From Ptychomitrium polyphyllum (taxonomy: Eukaryota): 64,000 nucleotides of DNA. The stretch is taken from assembly GCA_973851085.1 (NCBI GenBank), contig OZ316776.1, positions 13,888,001 to 13,952,000 on the forward strand, written 5' to 3'. Shown here piece after piece: positions 51,981 to 64,000 of the stretch; the first letter of the stretch is position 1, and each line of letters begins with the position of its first letter. The notes below the pieces were generated by a model, which did no database searches, had not been told where the DNA came from, and saw only the letters and a program-made list of their open reading frames with translations. The translations under genes were made by a program, and so were the position numbers.

Positions 51981-53275
51981 AATTTTCATAAGGAAGTGAT
52001 TTTTTCTTTTATTTGAAATTGATAAAAAAAAATGATTTTAGTTGTTGGAATTAAACTTGAGTAAGGTTAAAAGGTTCTATTTATAATGTAGTTAGCTTTT
52101 AAGGAGCTTACTATATAATTAAGGATTACTAAAAGTTTACATCTATTAGGAATAAGGAATTGGTTGAATCAAGAATAAAAAGACAATTTTTTCAACTTAA
52201 ATTAATTACTAGGAACAAATTAGCTTAAAAACTAGATTAAGTGAATGTAGAGAAGTTTTCTATAAATGAAAGTGGAATATGGCTTAAAGTAGAATGATGT
52301 GAGATAAAAGTACTAATAAATCTTGAATTAGGAGTTAAAAGTTAGATTAGGTGATGGTGAAGTGTTAGATAATTAAGGCTAGAAGGCCTTGAGATTAGAG
52401 CTAAGGTTTAGTGGAGCAAGATGGTGCAACATTAAAGCATAACAATGCTGGTTCAAAAAGTTTCATAATAATTGGTACAAATTAAAAAGAAGAGAGAAGG
52501 CAAATCTAAGATTAAAATGATTCTTTTTCACTCTTTCTTATTCTCTTTCTCTAATATTGTCATTCTTCTTCACTTTCTCATTTCTTATCTCTTTCCTTTA
52601 TCTGTCCTATTTTTATTTTATTTTTCCATTTTTCTTCATTAATAGTAGTGTAGAATTGTATGAAAAATTTAGGAGATCTTGAAATTAAAGTTGCTCATTT
52701 AGGATTTTGGAAGCGTGGACCTAGGGTTTAAATGGCAAAAATCACTATTCTAATAAGCCATGATCACCCAATGATCAGTCCTTGAACTCGATTTTAATCT
52801 TTCATTTTAATTTGTATTTTTGTAGACCTTGATTTTAGCTTTTCAACGCCATTTGTAACACTCAATTTGGAATTGTTGTGAATTAGTTATGGAGTTTAGA
52901 AATTCAGCCTTATTGTCAAAAATTAAAAAATTAAAATCTAATAAGTTGTAGTTGAATGTTGATCAATACTTTAGATTTTTTTCAACTTTTAATATAATAT
53001 TTAATTTAATAGCCTTTACTATTAGCTTTCCAATGCCATTTGAATTACAAAATTTGGATCTACAATGAATTAGTTATGAATTTTGGAACTCTAACTATAT
53101 TATGGAAAATTGGTGTGAACAGTTTTTATATAAATAATGGATTTCAGCTATTAAAGAATTACAATGAAGAACTAGGTTGGATTACAAACGCAATTTGAAT
53201 GATGATTTATTGAAAATAGGATTGTATAAACTAACATACCTTCCAATTAGCAAAGGAATTTATTAGACCTACAAA
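51981..53275. mobile_element. Unclassified AT-rich insertion (probably an old LTR) in the Copia leader
   Basis: Copia leader homology stops at ~51980 and resumes at ~53279; internal duplicated block TTAGCTTTYCAAYGCCATTTG. Confidence 0.5.
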
Positions 53276-53573
53276 ATCTTCACAATTATGAGTGTAGAGA
53301 CAAGCCTTCCAACTCACTATCTCTACTCACAAAGAACTCTTGTCAATGAGTTGAGAAGAAAATAAATACCAAATATAAGAAGTTGGTCTTAGAAAGCTTA
53401 AATCCAACAAAGATATTATCAAGGCCTTATCATCACTTAAACAAACTATCCAAGGAGTTTCAACCTCTACAACATTATTAAAGCTCAAACCATCAAACCA
53501 AGCACCTACATGAGCAAAAACTAAGTGTTAGGCAATTCTAACACTATCATCAACAACAAGCAAGTGATTTGGC

Positions 53574-53889
53574 TATTGAAATGCAATAAAACTAGTACAA
53601 TGAGCAAGAAGAGAGCAAGATTGCAACAAGAACAATATGGAGCAAGATAGTTCTTACTTCCACCACGGTTTCTTTATATAGTGGAAAGGACGTTCAAGGG
53701 CGGCCAAGCCCTAGCCACCACCCTAACAACCGCACTAAACTCTAGTTGCATTTTTTTTAATCCAAGACCTCATATCCTCTATGGCTAATTTGTTAACATC
53801 CCTTTTACCATTAGCAACTTATTAAGGTCAAATATCATATAAAGAAAACATCAATTAGAATTACTTTATATGTTTTACTCTTTTCAACA
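53574..53889 (-). mobile_element. Solo Copia LTR inserted in the leader of a same-family element
   Basis: TATTGAAATG...TTTTCAACA; leader contiguous across it; degenerate TSD TTGGC/CTTGC. Confidence 0.7.
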
Positions 53890-54591
53890 CTTGCTCTATA
53901 TAAGAACAATAACTATTAGCACTTCAAGCTACTTCAAAAAGTACAAAAAAGTGTGAATGAACCATAACCTATTAAAAAAATGCAACAAAATTAGTACAAG
54001 AAGCAAGAAAAGAGCAAGGTTGCAATAAAAGAAGTATAGAACAAGATGCTTCTTACTTCCAACATATTTACTTATATAGTGAAAAAAGCATCTAAAAGCG
54101 GCCAAGTCCTAGCTGTCACATCAAAATTCTAATTGCCCTTTTTAAACCCTAGGCTCTATAATTCTATGGCATCTTTTTTAGTATTTCTTTGACTACTAAC
54201 AATCTATCAAGCTCAAGTCCTACACAAAGAAACTTCAGCTATGATTACTTTATATGTTTCACTTTTTTTGACACTTTTACTAATTTTAACAAACCTAACT
54301 TTCATATCTTATATGGCCTCATTTTTAACATTACTTTGACTATTAACAACCTAATAAGCTTAAGTTTTATACAAAGAAACTACAACTAGGATTACTTTAT
54401 TAGTTTCACTCTTTTCAATAAATAAAAATGATAGAAATTGGGATGAAATAGGCATATTAAAACCTAGAATACAAAGCAAAGCTTATAAATTGCATAAATG
54501 ATTTAAGGTACGTAGACAAATTTATTCTTCCAAATAGTAGAAGCTATATTTGAATCTCACTTAGGCTAGTCATGAATACACCAGTGGTGTC

Positions 54592-56233
54592 TGTGAGGAA
54601 TCATTAAATTATTAAGCTTGTTAATTAGGATTAGAAGTTGATCCATAATCACCAGTTTAAACAAAGATTCTTATTATTTAAAAAATAATCCACTGAGATA
54701 GTTAGATACAAGTTGTTTTGAAATACTTGTAAGTGGCCCAACAACATTAATATAAGACTATATATAAAGGCATTCTTTCCATGTAGGAAGTCAGATCAAG
54801 CTAAATACTTTTGAATTGAAGTACAATGCAACTAGGCTATTTAAATTACTACAAATAAGATTGTACATGCAATGAAGGAATTAACAAATTAGAATTGGTA
54901 ATTGTAAATCAAGTAAGACCCTTATAGTTGGAAGTTTTATCCATTCACATACTTCTAATTGTAGATATCTGATTACCTAATTTATTTTGTAGTTTGAATA
55001 AACAAGCTCACTAAATTCTTAATTCTACTTGATGTGTTAGGAATCTTAATTTTAAGTGATTTATTACTGAAGCTATTTTAACAAATACAACCTTGCAATG
55101 GATGAAGTTGTTATTCCTTTGTTCACACTTGCAAAGAATGCTGAAATTCTTTTAAAGTTTTGCTGATAATCTTGTTTTCTTCCTTTAGTCACCTTGTTGT
55201 GAGCTCCACTTCCAGCTACCAGCTTTTTAAGCTACTTGACTCTTCAACGTCGCTGATTCCAATGGACCTGCTGTTTCCTGCAATTACCACTTTCAGCTAC
55301 TCACCGCCCTCTGATTTTGCCGTACTTTCCCTATTTTGCTCCTTTTGACTCAATTAAAGTGGGCCCAACTCAATCCGGCTGTTAGTCACTGATTCTTGAT
55401 TGGCTATTCAAACGTGTTGAATTTCCTAATTTGACTGTTCTAATCTCACGTTTTCTCTCCACGGTGCTCCAATTGTCTAGTCCGTCTTATAATTCTTCTG
55501 TCTTCCCTAATTTTCATAATTCTTAATATACTTCCTAACTTAGTTTCAACTTAGTGAGCTGATTTCCTTCAGTGCCACTTATCATTGTTGGCTGTTGCAT
55601 CTTTGCTGTCCTTACTCCATCTTGCTCTTGAACTCAACGATTGTTCTAATCTTACTTATCCAGGCTGCTGAAAAAATCTAATTTCTCTGCAATGAAAAAA
55701 TCTCTAACTATTAATTGCCTAATTTTCCTATTGTTCAAAAAAATAATCTCCCATACATTATATTCTTCCTCACTTTTGTGGGGACTTTTCTTCTATAACT
55801 ACCAATTTCCCTCATTATTGAATTTTTCTGAAGCCCTTTGATTATAGCTTTTGCCATAATTTCTTATAAATGTAAGTGTTGCTTTTATTTTAATTGTTGT
55901 TCTAAATTAAGCCATTTTCTAAAACTTTGACTAATATTTTTAATTTAGCTATTGTTCCAAACACTAGCACTATATTAATGCCTAATCAACTTTTAGTTAC
56001 TAGCTTATTAAATTTGTGGAACCCTTCCCTTCTTTCAATAATCCTATTATTTCATTGCCCTAACTATCTTGGACCATGAGCATCCGCTTACTTGCACTAT
56101 GATTCCTTTAATAATCAACTATACTTTTAATCTAATCCCTTGATCCTAATTGGGCCTATTTTTTCTACAAAAATCAATTTTTGTCATTTATTAAGAGAAA
56201 AAACATAATGAAGTGATTCTACAATTCATAACA
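54592..56233 (-). mobile_element. Degenerate family D-like LTR
   Basis: 55900-56233 resembles 28900-29242 (e.g. CCTAATTGGGCCT vs CCTAATTAGGCCT); boundaries uncertain, no TSD. Confidence 0.45.
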
Positions 56234-56990
56234 TTGAATATCACTTCATAAAAGAGAAGATTGAGAAAGGAGTATTTAAGCTGAAATATTGTTCAACAAA
56301 AGAATTGTTTATTAACTTGTTTACAACAAAAGAATTGTTTACTAACTTATTTACAACAAAAGAATTGTTTACTAACTTGTTTACAACAAAAGAATTGTTT
56401 ACTAACTTGTTTACAACAAAAGAATTGTTTACTAACTTGTTTTCAACAAAAGAATTGTTTACTAACTTGTTTACAATAAAAGAATTGTTTACTAACTTAT
56501 TTACAAAAACACTGGTAAAAGATAGAAACCATATGTTGACAAAAACATTAGGTTTGAAGGCCTTTGACCATTATCAAAGTGAAAGTGTTGAAAGAAATAA
56601 AAGGTATTAACTAATCCTAGTTAAAATTACTACATATAAGACTTGAGCTTGATATGTTGCTAGTGGTCAAAGAAATGTCAAGAATTAGGTCAATTTAAAT
56701 GGTGGAAGCTTGGAATAAAAGATGACGCCTAAGGCTTTGTATGACATAGTAGAGTTTGAGAATGGCAACTAGGATTGGAGTTGCAGCTAGGGTTTGTATG
56801 GCATTTACAATTTGTTAGGCAATTAAACTTTGTATAGCGGCTAGGTTTGGTTGTAATTAAGATATAGTGTAGAATCCTTTGCCATCAAATAACTAAATGG
56901 TTTTGAAATTAAAAACTTTGTACTCTCCACTTTTTACTAACCTTGTTTTCTTATTGTCATGCATAGTTGATTTGTTGCATTTTTTTATTA
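56234..56990 (+). mobile_element. Copia 3' end: RNase H C-terminus, PPT, 3' LTR (~56586-56990)
   Basis: EYHFIKEKIEKGVFKLKYCSTKE..LFTKTL; LTR starts TGTTGAAAG at 56586, homologous to 46741-47153. Confidence 0.8.
56290..56505 (+). repeat. 30-bp tandem repeat ACAACAAAAGAATTGTTTACTAACTTGTTT, ~7 copies
   Basis: Near-perfect units; reads TTKELFTNLF in the RNase H frame. Confidence 0.95.
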
Positions 56991-58190
56991 TATTTAAAAA
57001 TCACTGTAATATAAGAACTATCATTTTTGAGTGATCCATATATAAGTGCCAAATTTTACATTATAGTTGTAGAAGACTTCATGCAATTTCTTTCTTATAC
57101 TTTTCAAAAACTTTCATATTGTTTTAAACTTTCAAAAGTATATTACGCCTTAGCATGTTTTGCATTTTGAAAGACAAAATAGTTGTAGGTTATAGATTGT
57201 ATAGTAAATATAATAGATAGGAAATAAAATAAGATGTAGAAGTATGTTCTTAAGTATTATGATTGTTTACATTTGTAATGTAAAAATCCTTTACCGTGTC
57301 AATGTATTGCTTAAAAATTTCAATTTAGAAAAAACAATTGTATGAACCACATGGAAATTGAGTATGCATTTTCAAAAAACTTAGTACTTATTTTGTGAAC
57401 TTATTACATTGATAAATAATTCATTGTAAATCTTCCACATATATATATAAATAAACTTTAAATGAACTATATCAACCTTAATCAATCACATAATAAAATT
57501 AATCAAAAATATCATTTACGAAGGAGAATTTTGATAAACTCATAACAAAATTCTTCTGAAAGTATAATATAAAGCAAAGACTAGTCTATACCAAGTTGTA
57601 AGACAAGTTGTCATTACTTTCCATTGTCATACCATTAACTAAATCCTACACTTTTCATAAAAGCATATTCCCCACAATATACTACAAAGATTACGAGGGC
57701 AAAAAGGGGGCTTTTTAGATACCTCTAATATCAGCACCTTTTCCACCATCGGTTTCAGGAAACTATAGATTTGGGACTGCCCTGCGAAGTTTGTGTGGCT
57801 ACCAAACACGTCTTCTTAGCAGAAAATGCATGTTTCAGAATCGTTGCAGGTGGGGATGGCCCGTAAACCGCGCTGACAAGCAAACAGAGGGCGGACACAA
57901 CGTCGAGCGGGACATGTTAGCCCTCGTGTAGTATTGGTTTTAATTGCAAGTAAAACTCATCTTTGCAACATCTATCTTGGTACAGCGGGATTACTTCATG
58001 CAATTAATCACCAAAGATGTCATCGTTCTAGACGCATGTAACAAGACACAGTCACTTTTCTGTGTAAAGATTGATCTGTGATCCAGTCCAACAGATTTAT
58101 CATTTCTATATGAAAAATGAAGAGTGAGGCCATAAGTGACGTGGCCATTTTTTACATACATACTGGAGTCTCTTTTTATGGAGCACAATA

Positions 58191-61100
58191 TCAGGCAGGC
58201 TTTGGAGCCGAAGTCTTCGAACTCTTCCGCCCTAGCAAAGAGCGCAATAAGCTCTTGCTCCGTGCCTGCGTACTCTTTGAGTCCTTTACTGAATCATTTT
58301 CACCTGCATGCGACGTGGGAATCATAGTGGATGATCGCACAAAGCCAGCACCCTGTGAACCCCCGAACACACCACATTTAAACAGTGATTAGCTCGTACA
58401 TTTTGCTCAACTATCAATAGACAAGTTGCACACGGAATGTGTTGGAAATACAAAATAAAAAGGTTTCCAGTTTAAAAGTGCTACAGAACGTATACTTTTG
58501 CAAAGAAGGAAATGTCACCACTAGGCACAAGGAGCACCCTAAGAGCAAACTAGGAACTAAACCTACCCGCATGGGAGGAGCTGTTTTCGCTGGTGTGAAG
58601 GAGCCTGATCTTTGAGTGCTGAGCTTGGCAGACGCAGGATACTTGGAAGTGGATAAACCTGCCTCCGATGTCCTTGGCATCGAGTCACCATTAACTGCAG
58701 GAATAACAAGTATTTAGGGATTCGTCCATATCCACTTAAGAGGTCTTTCGAAGTACTTGAACATCACTAATCAAAACATTAAATAGTCGAATCACCTATA
58801 TAGTGCTAATCTTCACAAGCTGAAAACACCTAAATAGATGAACCAAGAGAACTTCCTATTCTTCTGCACAAGCTGCGAAGTGTTATGTTAAATTGTAGCA
58901 AACTAGCAGGAACCTCATATCTGAACTTAAATATGAACAAGAAGTCCAACTGATAGCTGACCTCCCCCCCCCGCATTCTAACACCAAAGTGAGCTTTGGA
59001 TCATATAGAAGAAGCAACAAAAAAGTCTGTAGAAGTCAGAAATTAATACTTACACAGCGAGGGAGTGAGAAAGGAGCCTTTTGACAAAGAAGTCTCCAAT
59101 ACTTTCCTACCAGAAGCTGTTGGTGGGGGAGTTCGCCGGCCAGCACTGTGCAAGAAATCCAATTGTTCGTTAGATTGTGCAAACTAGAGTGTTTGAGAAA
59201 AGAGAAGTTCCACTGCAGCAATGCAAAGGGTGACCAAACGCAATGAAAACCTCAACTCATGACTCCCAACAAGAGAGATGTAACTTGGCAAATGCTAGGA
59301 GTAGAAACAAGCATGGCCCATAGTCTCTATCTAAGCGAAGCAGCCATTCAAACCTCTTCCGCCAGCGCCAGTGATTACGAGTATTTTAATGTACAAGATG
59401 CGACATCTAGAGCACATCACACTAAACACGTCAAATCTATTTACTATTGAGAGCTGCCACTTGCTCCGAACTCAATCACTCAGCATGGCAGAAAGTTTCG
59501 GACGGTTGATGTGTTCACCTAATGGAACGTTTGCTAGAACTATTGCTTCCTTCACTTGTAGATGTTGGCGCGGCCTCTGATGTAAAATGCCATGCCAAAG
59601 ATTTTGATCCACTTGAACCTACTCAGACAAAAAACGACAACTCGTGAGTCATGGTTTTTCCATTTGACACGAACACACAAGGTTCCACAAGAACTATAGC
59701 TACATCTTTGTACGTGTCACAAAGAAAGGCAGGTGCTGCCACATAAATAAGGTACATGAATGGATTCTCTCTATTCTGGCGCACCAGATAAATCGCCCCT
59801 TTTATCCCTTATACTCAATGCAAAGACAAGAAGGGGCGCAGTGACGGACCCATATCATTCATTGTTAACCAACATTACAAGATGATGTGGATGAGGTAGC
59901 CTTGTCTCACTGCAAATCCCAGCAAATTATCCATCTAGAACAAATAATCATTCGTGGACAGATGACAGTATTTAGCTACTGCAAACAAAGATAAGAAGAA
60001 CCAAGAAGGAATTACTATTACTCACTGGCAAAGTCAGCCAATGAAGAATCCTTTGCCAATGGTTGCGGTTGCAGTTGTGGAGTTGATTGAGGATGACGTT
60101 CTGCTTTCAATGGAGACTGGCGAGAATGAACAGAATCAAAATTCTCCCGCACCAGAGAAGGGTTCGATTCTCCTTCTGTGCACGGATCTGAAAATCATCA
60201 CAAGCATTCAGAGCATGTACAAATAATAAAAAAACCTTAATGATTTGATAACGTTATTCAGTCTGCTATTCATTTAGTTATTATCAAAAGGACCAGCCTC
60301 CTCGTAGTAGCACTTTACAGCAAATGAACAATTCAGTCGGTTCCTAAGATGTCCTGCATATATTGAAAAACCCCTATTTCTCTCGCAAGAGTCAGATACC
60401 ACTCAACAAAAAGGGTTCAGGGTTGGCAGGACAGGTACCTGGCAAAACGTAGTGCTTGTGGTTAGCATGCATTGTTTTTGCTAACGATTGCTGCTTGAGG
60501 CCTTCTCGATCTGAATGCTCTTGACATGAGCGCATTCGCTGTCATACAAAGAAAATAAGAACTAAGAGAAGAGAATGGTCGAAAGTTAGATACGGCATAT
60601 TCGGAAGTAGTTATGGTGAAGAGCGGCCCAGAAATAAAGAACATATCTGCCAGATATGGATAAAATACTCTAGACATTCAAGGAAAAAAATTAATGTCAC
60701 AAACTTGCGAAATGCACCTGAGCCACAGAAGCAGCTCGAAGTTCAGTTGCTGAAATTTCTGTAGTCTGTTGCCCAAGAAGGTCATTGAGCTTATAGGCAA
60801 CTGTTCCCAAATGGTCCACTGCATTGACCAATGCCTTTACCGAATAATCTTTCAAATTGTCCAACACCCTGGGAAATCGTAAGAGACCTCAAGATAAGAG
60901 CATTGAACTTCTTTCCTTCCAAGTAACCAATGTAGACTCCTCACTGTTTTGAGTCTCCATTACGATCCACATACCTAACAAGAATCAGCACACCTGCAGT
61001 ACAGATACTTCGGACCACAGTAATAAAGGGGCTCCTATACTTCATGACCGCATTAGTCATATCTATCAATCAATGTAGGACACTTAGGAATTTTATGCCC

Positions 61101-62605
61101 ACGAGAACCTTTTAACCACACCACATGGTGTTTGCAGCTTGTTAATTGGACACTTTAAACTCCCAAAATCAGCGAAATTAAAGTTCATTTGTTGCACGAC
61201 AGCTCTGTGCGGGCGCACATTCCTAAGATAATACAGTAAAATAAATGTTGATAAGATCTGAGCCACAGTATTTACTAAGCATTCAACATTGACTAAATTT
61301 TAGTTGACACTTATTGCCACTTCGCAACAGATATAACCACCTTGGAACACAGACGAAGCAGCTCATTGATATGAACACTCAACTTACTTTGCATGTTCAC
61401 TTACACTTGCTTCTGGTCACTGTAAAGGTAAGAAGATTCACAATACTCTGCCGCCGAATAGAGCTGCGGTCGAAGGTTCTTCAGCTCCTGCCCATAACGA
61501 ATTGCAAACCACCATCAACCCCACTTCTACCTCCGCAGAAATTTACACTGCATTCACCAAAGATACTTTGGTGCCCGAAATACGTAACTCCGACGCTACA
61601 AGTTCCTCGCATCTCACAATACCGCTAACTTCGACTTCTACCCATGCCGCTAATTCTAACATTTCAACAGCTAAGTGTGAATTCTCTCATTCCAAAACAT
61701 CAGTATTCTTGAACTTTCGTACAACAAATACTAGAGCTGTGCTATTGAGCACCCTGGCTCAACAAGAAATTGCTGAGCTAAGGCTTCACCTTAGAAACGT
61801 TGGGTAGGTATTCTTACAGAGCAGCTGATTTGATTGTCTACCAACTGATAAAAGCAGGGCGGGGGAAAAAATCGGATATAAGTGGTTCACATCAACGATA
61901 CTGCGCACAAAGCCCGCGTCCACCTACACTACTGACAAGCTGTGAGAAAACTGCAATAATTCCAGGTACGCTCTGCAAACCTAACAGCACAGTAGCGGAG
62001 AACACTACACCATGCCACTATGTGTACCTCAGACACACGTGAAAGCAAAAATGTATTGAAGCGCCAAGCAGGAAGGAGGGATACGATATTCCACGAAGCA
62101 AAATTCGAGCATCAATTTCTTGTAAGCAAATTCGACGATTGGAGTCTAAGCTCGGGTCTAAGCTGGCTGCTTGAAGGTCCTCTTCCTCTAATTGCATGTT
62201 CGCTCTGGCTAATAACCAAAAGTACGATGTGTACAGCTAGTGAGAGTATTCCCTGTCTAAGTCCTCAATCACAGTAACCCTCGCCAGGAAGCGCAATCCG
62301 CAACACGAAATGCCAAAAGGAAAAACAATAACCCCAGGCACCGGCGACACGCAGAGCTTCTTCATGGCCGATCACTAAAAAGAGAAATGTCCTGCAATGC
62401 GAAGGAAATGACGTACCTTGAGAGCCTGAACGAAGTGGCGGCTGCGCTGCATTTCAAGCTCGTCAAAAGTCATGTGAGCGGGATCCTGATCGTCGTCGAC
62501 GGAGGGAGAAGGCGAGGGAGAGGTGCTGCGAGGGGGCGAATAGGGCTGAGTGGGGATGGGCCGGGAAGACACACTGTCTGGCGCCGGCGCCGTGGCCGTA
62601 CCCAT
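58191..62605 (-). CDS. ABIL: ABI-like (Abl interactor-like) SCAR/WAVE complex subunit, 9 exons, ~388 aa
   Basis: Exons 62605-62417, 61487-61405, 60868-60718, 60538-60439, 60187-60026, 59618-59519, 59145-59054, 58694-58567, 58352-58191; all GT-AG, total 1167 nt in frame; motifs MTFDE..FVQALKELKNLRPQLYSAAEYCE..LKDYSVKALVNAVDHLGTVAYKL, EGLKQQ, KSLAWH, C-terminal RSKSLLRSLL; exons 5-8 less certain. Confidence 0.93.
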
Positions 62606-64000
62606 GGCTATTTATGCCCCGAGTTCTGACCACCTAGCCAGCCAGTCAGCCAGCAAAAGCAAAGCAAAGCAGTGAACACCAGTGCAGCAGTGCGCGAAAC
62701 GCTGAGGCTGAGGGCGTCTTGTGGGGGAGGGGTAGGGCGTGGGCCGACGTCAGAAGACTCGTACGCAGAAGAGCACCGCAATCACTCACCACAATCCCTA
62801 TTCGGGCGTGCACAGAAGACACCGCGCGGGTTTGAGCACAATCCCTGTGGTGCGCAAGAAAACCCAAAAGACAAGAGCCGAAGCACAAGTTGAAGCTGAA
62901 GCACACGACGACGACGTTGAAGGGCTCTGAGCAGGGGACACAATGAATAACAATCTCTCTTACTACAATACTCTGCTCATGCAGTCTGTAGTACTAAGTT
63001 CAACGACCCTCCCTCCCTCCCTCCCTTTTCCCGTTTTGGTCTGACTACGCTGTTCTTACCGTGGACCACTCCGTCGCATCTTCCCTAATCGAGGCCCCCT
63101 CACTTCTCTGGGCTCACCCCTCCCCCGCCTCTGCCCTCTGTGTTGGAAGGGACCGATAGAACTCATCTACTATTGGATGATAAATTCCAAGAGATGGTAA
63201 CATCATATCCACTATGATTCATTATGTTTTATAATCAAGACGGGTTTCATTGATTCTGAGCTATGATCAAGAAGAGTAGAAGGGCTATGCTGTCCAATAA
63301 TGTTTTGCAATTATGCAAGGTAAAAAGCTATGCTCTTTATTAACAATTTCTTTAATTATCATGTTAATTAAGCAAAAGGAAAGCGGTGAAATGCAAACAG
63401 ATTTTTAAGCTGAAATTATGGTGATGTAAGTACACAATGATACAAAACATGATTGTTGGCTAAGAATATTTTTCTTGTGAAGAAAGGTACTGTTAACTTT
63501 TTTAATAGTTCATTGGTGACAAATTAGGTTCTAATTGAAGTTTATTTGCAGTTGATGTAGCATAGGATTTGGATTTTTCAAGATGGATGTCTAACTGACT
63601 TTTATCAAACAACAATCTTCAAAGAAATTAATATGGAAAAATTTCAAGTATATAAAGAACAAAAAAAAAACATGGTGAATTAATTCTAAAGGACCATTTA
63701 TAGCTTGAAATAATCATTGTATATATGGAACCAAAACAATTATAGTTTTAAAGTGTTTTTTGGCTCTATATGTCTCAAGGAAATTTAATAAAATTCTAAG
63801 GTTATAATATTGGATGTAGCATTTATAAAGTACAAAAAGCACTTTTGAAACTATTTTATTTTAATTATTATAATTTCGTAATTTATAGCCATTTATTGTA
63901 ATTGAGTTTATGGTTGTTCAAATCTATTTAAAATTAATAATTTGGTTGGATTTGTAGACTTGTCAAGTGGCAAAGTTACATTACTTTTTGCCTTCAATTG

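Larger units (their letters stand above)
49533..54273 (-). mobile_element. Second, more degenerate Copia of the same family, 5' half, carrying three insertions
   Basis: 5' LTR ~53970-54273 with PBS AGGTTATGGT; leader 53279-53960 homologous to 47170-47540; gag/protease remnants 49533-50363 and 51507-51900. Confidence 0.82.

Noticed and set aside
56290..56505. CRISPR-like appearance of the 30-bp array (also the 19-bp and 31-bp arrays)
   Set aside because: Head-to-tail repeats without unique spacers, in eukaryotic TE context
46741..56990. Pairing the 46741 5' LTR with the 56586 3' LTR as one Copia element
   Set aside because: Flanks GCTAG and TATTT do not form a TSD and the 3' LTR is far more decayed
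59036..59221. Upstream acceptor at ~59212 for ABI-like exon 7
   Set aside because: Gives an in-frame stop; the acceptor at 59145 has a branch-point-like CTAAC and keeps the frame
61314..62277. Plus-strand ORFs of 80-104 aa
   Set aside because: Lie antisense within ABI-like introns and exon 2, with no recognisable motifs

Overview
Eukaryotic plant DNA, most consistent with a moss/bryophyte genome (inferred from the TE lineages and gene content). About 85% of the window is nested, mostly degenerate LTR retrotransposons with many C>T/G>A changes. Families seen: (A) a tRNA-iMet-primed chromovirus with 1.14-kb LTRs, present as one TSD-bounded internally deleted copy, three TSD-bounded solo LTRs and one LTR fragment; (B) a Tcn1/Tf1-like chromovirus in three copies, one full length at 30638-37057; Copia elements with a half-tRNA-Met type PBS; and older gag/protease remnants and solo LTRs. 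Two intact host genes: a CC-type glutaredoxin (ROXY class, 44092-44454, +) and a 9-exon ABI-like (SCAR/WAVE subunit) gene (62605-58191, -). The most notable signals are in family B: an 11-nt self-priming PBS complementary to the predicted transcript start, a slippery site plus stem at a -1 gag-pol junction, a copy-number-variable heat-shock-element array in U3, and a cryptic ~152-aa extra ORF rebuilt from two copies with different frameshifts. A 1.3-kb apparently identical inverted repeat of decayed pol (10655-11972 / 19501-20818) sits inside an older inverted duplication. All alignments were done by eye; no searches were run.
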